A DNA stretch of 31,252 nucleotides, taken from positions 1-31,252 of IMG/VR virus record IMGVR_UViG_3300032225_000030; one strand, given 5' to 3'. The DNA is from a virus (taxonomy: Duplodnaviria > Caudoviricetes). Below are positions 26,142-31,252 of this stretch, piece after piece. Position 1 is the stretch's first letter. Each line of letters begins with the position of its first letter. The notes beneath the pieces are model-generated. The model had not been told where the DNA came from. It did no database searches and saw only the letters and a list, made by a program, of their open reading frames with translations. The position numbers and the translations under genes are program-made.

Positions 26142-29100
26142 ATGGCGACACCAAAGCCCACAGTAGATTCAACAGGGTTCTCCTTTGCTAACACTGGGTT
26201 AGGGGATATGGGGGCAGACTTAAATACTGTCCTCAATCCATATGCTGGTTTCTCCGGTATGCCCCGTACGGGCTTAGATAACCTTGTGCCATCGCAGGTG
26301 GACACCGCTGTTCTTGGGCAACAACTGGTTAAGCAAAGCCAGTTCACTATGCCTGAGATGAAGAAGCCCGCTATCGTAGCGTACAGCCCGTCACAACGTA
26401 AGATGTTTGTGAATGGTGCTACGTTTGAAGCGGACAACGATGCGGCTGCATTACAGACTGAGTCTCTCTTAGGTCAGCCCGGAACTGGTTTACCTCAGGG
26501 TGACTGGGTTCAACTTGATGCTGGCTCATATGGTCAGTACCTCAACACTATTAAGAATCCCGGTCTAGGCAAACTAGCCAAGAAAAACTTTGGCATTGGT
26601 CTTGACAACATGCAGATGTTGGCTGGTCGTGGTTTGCAGTTGGCTGGTGCAGAAGAAACTGGTCAAGGTATCGTTGACCAACAAATTAAAGACCTGTCAA
26701 AGACTTCGCCATATGTTCGTGAGTTCTCTGATGTTAAGGATGCAGGCACTGCCATTGACTGGCTTGTTGCCAACTTTGCTCAGCAAGGCCCGAACATCCT
26801 TGAGTCTATTGCCACTGCGGCTATTGGCTTTGGCTTAGGTACTGTTGCTGGTGGAAACCCATTTGCAGGAGGCGGTGCAGCACTTGCTGGCTTGGCTGGC
26901 AAAGAAGCGTTCAAACAATCTGTTGCTGCTGCTATTAAAAAGCGTGCCGCAGGTGAAGCACTCTCTGCTGTTGAAACCAAACTGTTGCGTGAAGCCGCAG
27001 GTATTGCTGGTGCAACTGCGTTGTCATTCGTGAACAACGTGCAGACAGGTGCATCTGACATCTATGGTGAACTGCGTGACCGTGGTGCTGACCCTAATGA
27101 TGTATCCGCAAAGATGACTGCCCTTGCTGGGTCGTTGCCTTATGCGGCTCTCGAATCTCTCCCTGAGTTCTTGCTCGCCTCTCGTTTGTTTGGTGGTGGG
27201 AAGTTGACTCACGGTGGTACTAGCGTAGCCATGAAGGATATTCAAGGCACAAACATGCTGACCACTGGTATCAAGCGAGGTGGTGAACTTCTTAAACGTG
27301 GTGCTATTGGCGGTGTTGTCGGCGGTACTGCTGAAGGTACAACTGAACTTGGACAAGAGGCTCTACTTGTTGGACTGAGTGGTCAAGACTTCTCTGCTCC
27401 TGATGTACAAAAGCGTTTGCTTGAATCCTTTGCCGCTGGCTTTGGTACTGGCGGCATCATGGGTGCGGCAGCTAACTTACGCCGTGGCCCAATCGGTAAA
27501 GAACCTACCAACCTACTAAACCCCGGACAAACAACTGAGCCATCTTCTTCAGAATCTATTATTCCACCTGCCGTACCTGTTGGCGAACCAATGCAGACTG
27601 GTGGCATGGGTGCGAAACCTAACTTTATTGCAGGCCCTGAGGGTGTACGTGGTGCAGTTCCAAGTGACCGCATCTTCACAGGTGAGGTTGCTCCCGGTCA
27701 ATTTGGTGGTGCTCAAGGCGTTCTTGACCTTGGTGGCGCGACCATTGGTGAGTTGCAACAACGTAGTAACCAGACTGGTGAACTTGCTCCACGCATGGTG
27801 TGGAATCCTCAGACCCAGCAATACGAACAACAAGCAATAACTGCTCCACCATCTGACCGCTTAGCATTGCCTTCGCCTCAAGCCCCCGTTGACTCTCGTC
27901 AAATGGCGTTGCAGTTTGCGCCGCCTGCTCCGTCAGGTGTGCAGTTCACTGAGCAACAGCCTTTGCCTAACACAGTCATGGCTCAGCAGATGCAAGATGC
28001 GCAACGTAAGTTACAGCTAGACCAAGCGTTTGCAGCAATGGCGCAGCAACAAGCTGCACAGAAACAAGCAGACATGCAGCGCTTAGGAGTACAAGCACAG
28101 AACCAACGCCAACTAGATTTTGCTGCACAGCAACAAGCCGCTCAACAACCGCAGCCCCCTGTGATGCCTATGAAACAAGTGCCTGTGCGCCAACCACAAC
28201 AACTATCGTTGTTCAAACGTGGTGAGTTGCCAGTGCCTTCATCGGCTGAGCGTCTACGTCGTGGTATCAATCCACCTGTGGCTGAAACACCAATTACTAT
28301 TGCACGCCCTACCCCCGGAGAGTTCCTCAAGGCAGGGCAGTTGTCTTTGTTTAACCAGCAAGGTCAACCTTCCGTAGCTGCGCTTAAGAGTGCAGGCACA
28401 CGACAACAAGTTGTACCTACTGTGCAGGCAGGTGCGGCCCAGATTAAGCCGACAGGGAAGCCTGTCACGGCTGTAACCGCAACTAAGGCGAAAGCCGCAG
28501 TGCTTAAAAAAGGAGCAGCAAATGCCACTGAAAAAGGGAAGCAGCAACAAAGTAGTCAGCCAAAACATCAAGAAAATAATGGACGAGTACAAGGCGGGGG
28601 GAACGCTGGGCAAAAGTCCACGACCCAAAACAAAAGCGGCAGCAATCAAGCAAGCAGTAGCGGCAAGTCTCTCCAACGCGGGAAGAAGCAAGAAAAAGTA
28701 GTTGCCGCACCTGTTGTAACTACTAAACAGGAGACGCCTCCACCGACTCCACCAAAAGGTGGCAAGGATAAACTTGCCAAGGGTGCTGCAAAAAAGTCCG
28801 AAGCAAAGGCTAAGGCAACTCCTGCCAAAGCCGCTCAGTTGCAGAAAGGCCCTAGCGGTCTAGCTGCAATGGTCAACCAACTTGTTGGCGTGAGAACTCA
28901 AGCCCCTGTAGTTGAAAGTAAAAAGGTCGTTGGAGAAGTAAGTGCTGAAACACAAGCAGAGAATGATGCTCTTGATGAGGCTATCGAAACCCACGAGACA
29001 ACCAAGAATCCTGCCGCTTACGCCGAGGCTTTGTTTGACATCGTCTCCGCATTTGCTCTGGAGTCCAACCCTCGTAAGTACACTCGTAAGACAGCCGAGA

Positions 29101-31252
29101 ACTATCTATCCGATGGCGGCGTACCACCAAGCGACTTCCAAGCTGCGCTCAAAGAGGTTGCACTAAACGAAGAATCTATTGGGACTAAGACTCGTCTGTA
29201 CTCCTTACTGGCTGACCACGGGTTACTCAGTGATGCTGATGTACAAGCGAAGGTTCGTACCCCCGGTGCTAAGGTCAAACAGGCTGCGGTTATTGACGAG
29301 CCTGTTAACTCTAAGGTTACACCTGAGCAACGCTTGGCAGACCTCATCAACAACCGTGATGGCTACCTAAACAAAGGTCAGCTAAATCGCAACGCCCTTA
29401 TCCTCTACGCAGATGTAGACAACGGGCAGTTTGCCGTAGGTGAACGTGGTTTGATTGACGACTTCTTTGATGAAGATGGTGACCCAATCATTGTGCAAAT
29501 TCCCGGAACTAACCGCTATGTTCTTGCCACACAGGCAGAGTCAGAAGTATCCACTGAGGATTACGCTAAGCGTCATGCTGAAGCACGACAAGCGCTGCGG
29601 GAGTTAGAAGACGAGGAATCACAAACAACTTTAGACGACTTGCAGTACGACCCACTCTACGACAATGCTCGTAGTGACCGTGGTGACTTAGAGTTCTTCC
29701 GTGTTGACGGCAAGCCAGCAGCACCAATGAAGACTGGTGCGCTCAAACTTGTTGTAGCAAGAGCGATTTCCAAATACGCCAGAAAGCCTAAGGTTGCAGT
29801 GTTTGCCAATCTTGCTGACATGAAAGCCAGCAACCCCGCTTTGTTTAAGGCGGCAGCGCAAGCACGAAAAGCAGGCGACATCGAGCATGTCAACGCAGCA
29901 GGTATGGCGTGGGGAGATAACGTAGTTCTGTTTGCTGACTTCATTGAGTCTGAGCATCAGGCACGTTTCATTGTGGCTCACGAAACCCTTGGTCACGTTG
30001 GTTTCCGTGGATTGATTAACGGGCGTGCGCTTGACGCAGTGCTCCAACAACTGGCAGACAATGATGAACAACTCAAACATGCCGCCGAAGTCTACGCCGC
30101 AGGACGAAACATCCCATTCACTGAGGCTGTCGAAGAAGTTTTGGCAGACCGAGCCGCAGCCATTGAAACCAATACCATCATCAGATTTTGGAACTGGATT
30201 AAGAACCAACTCAACAAGTTGGGCTTTACGTTTAATGACGATGCGGCTCGATTCCTGATTGGCCTATCACGCCAGTACATCCGTAAAGGAACTGGTCGTA
30301 GTGAATTCAACCTATCAGGTATCTACAAAGACATCAATGCTGCATTGCAAAACGAACTGTCTAGCGTAGAAGTCCTACGCTATTCTTCCTATGCACCACA
30401 AGGGCAAGCAACTTTTGCATTAGGTAACTTGAACCGCAATGCCGCTATTTATGGTGGCATGGAGCGTGTGTTTACCCACATCATTGAAGCCAAGAACAAG
30501 TTTGATGCCGCTCGTACTCAGGGTACAGGCATGAAAATGAACGCTGGCAATATCATGCAAAAGGTCTTTGATGGTATTAAGACTCAAGATAACCTTGCTC
30601 GTGAGAGTAAAGGTCTTGCAAAGATATTTGCCAAGATTCAAGACAAAGCCTCCATGCAGACTGTGCTTAAGACACGCTATGCTGAAGGTACTAAAACTGC
30701 ACACGGCGCACCATTCCTTGGCTTTGGCGAAGGCCCACTGCCTGAGGAACTAACCCGTGCAGGTGAACTCATGGCGTACGCATCTATCTACAAGATGCGC
30801 CAGTACAGTGACTCCGACTTGGATAAGTTCACGAACCCTGTGTTCTATGACTACGAAGCCAAGTTGCAATCAGAAGCGTTTGATGAACTCAAAGCTGCTG
30901 GCTTGATTACACCTGAGGAATTTCAAAAAGGATTTAAGGTTCAGCAAGGTACTGTTGAAAAGAACATGACCCCTGAGGAACAACAACGTCTAGGTGCTGA
31001 GAGTGATAAGCAGGTGGCTTACCTTGAAAACGCTAAGGCTCGCGCATTGGCTCGTCATGACAAGAATATAGCTACTGCTGAAGACGAGGATGCTAAAGCT
31101 GAAGAAGCAGTTAAACGCCGTCGTACTGAAAAGAGTTATGACGCTGACATCAAGGCAACTAAGACTGAATACACCAAGCGTATCAATGCTCCCTCATACG
31201 AAGCTGCCAACATGGTGGATATTAGTACTATCCCTGAGTTGGCATGGATGAA
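26142..31252 (+). CDS. Giant (>=1703 aa, 3'-truncated) polyvalent-type ejection protein with membrane segments, clamp-binding-like motifs and zincin-like metallopeptidase
   Basis: GAGGT RBS, ATG 26142 (MATPKPTVDSTGFSF...), no in-frame stop to window end, hence absent from the track. Gly/Ala hydrophobic helices in first ~450 aa; AHETLGH at 29976-29996 plus AVEEVLAD at 30126. Confidence 0.88.
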   Translation, partial: MATPKPTVDSTGFSFANTGLGDMGADLNTVLNPYAGFSGMPRTGLDNLVPSQVDTAVLGQQLVKQSQFTMPEMKKPAIVAYSPSQRKMFVNGATFEADNDAAALQTESLLGQPGTGLPQGDWVQLDAGSYGQYLNTIKNPGLGKLAKKNFGIGLDNMQMLAGRGLQLAGAEETGQGIVDQQIKDLSKTSPYVREFSDVKDAGTAIDWLVANFAQQGPNILESIATAAIGFGLGTVAGGNPFAGGGAALAGLAGKEAFKQSVAAAIKKRAAGEALSAVETKLLREAAGIAGATALSFVNNVQTGASDIYGELRDRGADPNDVSAKMTALAGSLPYAALESLPEFLLASRLFGGGKLTHGGTSVAMKDIQGTNMLTTGIKRGGELLKRGAIGGVVGGTAEGTTELGQEALLVGLSGQDFSAPDVQKRLLESFAAGFGTGGIMGAAANLRRGPIGKEPTNLLNPGQTTEPSSSESIIPPAVPVGEPMQTGGMGAKPNFIAGPEGVRGAVPSDRIFTGEVAPGQFGGAQGVLDLGGATIGELQQRSNQTGELAPRMVWNPQTQQYEQQAITAPPSDRLALPSPQAPVDSRQMALQFAPPAPSGVQFTEQQPLPNTVMAQQMQDAQRKLQLDQAFAAMAQQQAAQKQADMQRLGVQAQNQRQLDFAAQQQAAQQPQPPVMPMKQVPVRQPQQLSLFKRGELPVPSSAERLRRGINPPVAETPITIARPTPGEFLKAGQLSLFNQQGQPSVAALKSAGTRQQVVPTVQAGAAQIKPTGKPVTAVTATKAKAAVLKKGAANATEKGKQQQSSQPKHQENNGRVQGGGNAGQKSTTQNKSGSNQASSSGKSLQRGKKQEKVVAAPVVTTKQETPPPTPPKGGKDKLAKGAAKKSEAKAKATPAKAAQLQKGPSGLAAMVNQLVGVRTQAPVVESKKVVGEVSAETQAENDALDEAIETHETTKNPAAYAEALFDIVSAFALESNPRKYTRKTAENYLSDGGVPPSDFQAALKEVALNEESIGTKTRLYSLLADHGLLSDADVQAKVRTPGAKVKQAAVIDEPVNSKVTPEQRLADLINNRDGYLNKGQLNRNALILYADVDNGQFAVGERGLIDDFFDEDGDPIIVQIPGTNRYVLATQAESEVSTEDYAKRHAEARQALRELEDEESQTTLDDLQYDPLYDNARSDRGDLEFFRVDGKPAAPMKTGALKLVVARAISKYARKPKVAVFANLADMKASNPALFKAAAQARKAGDIEHVNAAGMAWGDNVVLFADFIESEHQARFIVAHETLGHVGFRGLINGRALDAVLQQLADNDEQLKHAAEVYAAGRNIPFTEAVEEVLADRAAAIETNTIIRFWNWIKNQLNKLGFTFNDDAARFLIGLSRQYIRKGTGRSEFNLSGIYKDINAALQNELSSVEVLRYSSYAPQGQATFALGNLNRNAAIYGGMERVFTHIIEAKNKFDAARTQGTGMKMNAGNIMQKVFDGIKTQDNLARESKGLAKIFAKIQDKASMQTVLKTRYAEGTKTAHGAPFLGFGEGPLPEELTRAGELMAYASIYKMRQYSDSDLDKFTNPVFYDYEAKLQSEAFDELKAAGLITPEEFQKGFKVQQGTVEKNMTPEEQQRLGAESDKQVAYLENAKARALARHDKNIATAEDEDAKAEEAVKRRRTEKSYDADIKATKTEYTKRINAPSYEAANMVDISTIPELAWM
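28522..28701 (+). CDS. Nested 59-aa basic protein (DUF6496 / MPLKKG-like) in the +1 frame of the giant gene
   Basis: AAGGAG at 28510-28515, 6 nt, ATG. Translation MPLKKGSSNKVVSQNIKKIMDEYKAGGTLGKSPRPKTKAAAIKQAVAASLSNAGRSKKK. Confidence 0.75.
   Translation: MPLKKGSSNKVVSQNIKKIMDEYKAGGTLGKSPRPKTKAAAIKQAVAASLSNAGRSKKK

Larger units (their letters stand above)
1..31252 (+). mobile_element. Tailed dsDNA bacteriophage late-gene region (podovirus-like: portal, scaffold, capsid, adaptors, nozzle, ejection proteins; no tail tube, sheath or tape measure seen)
   Basis: Co-oriented, tightly packed ORFs with many TAATG/ATGA overlaps. Recognisable terminase, portal, capsid, holin, endolysin and SLT motifs. 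No host genes or integrase in window. Confidence 0.96.

Noticed and set aside
26142-31252. Apparent 5-kb non-coding or degraded region implied by the ORF track
   Set aside because: It is one uninterrupted plus-strand ORF that lacks a stop only because it runs off the window.

Overview
The window is a contiguous, all-plus-strand late (virion morphogenesis) region of a tailed dsDNA phage with podovirus-type architecture. A freshwater proteobacterial host is an inference from the gene families only. Gene order: C-terminal part of terminase large subunit, a candidate sRNA plus sigma70 promoter, portal, scaffold, major capsid, decoration and small basic head proteins, two adaptor-like proteins, a D/T/S-repeat fibre, two glycine-rich receptor-binding modules sharing a duplicated anchor domain, a membrane-protein-rich lysis cassette (3-TM holin, M15 peptidase endolysin, ferritin-like protein), tail nozzle, a GNAT-like protein, and ejection proteins, one with a lytic transglycosylase. 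The last gene is a giant (>1700 aa) open-ended polyvalent-type protein missing from the ORF track (26142 to end). Most notable unannotated signals: (1) five beta-sliding-clamp-binding-like motifs, including two perfect QLSLF, in the giant ejected protein; (2) a complete 59-aa basic gene with its own RBS overprinted in the +1 frame of that gene; (3) an ~80-nt promoter-to-terminator sRNA presenting an anti-Shine-Dalgarno loop; (4) a shared [Y/M]xxGGMV motif across unrelated virion proteins; (5) a likely ATT start codon. No tRNA, CRISPR array, integrase or reverse transcriptase was seen. Family names are from recall of motifs, not database searches.
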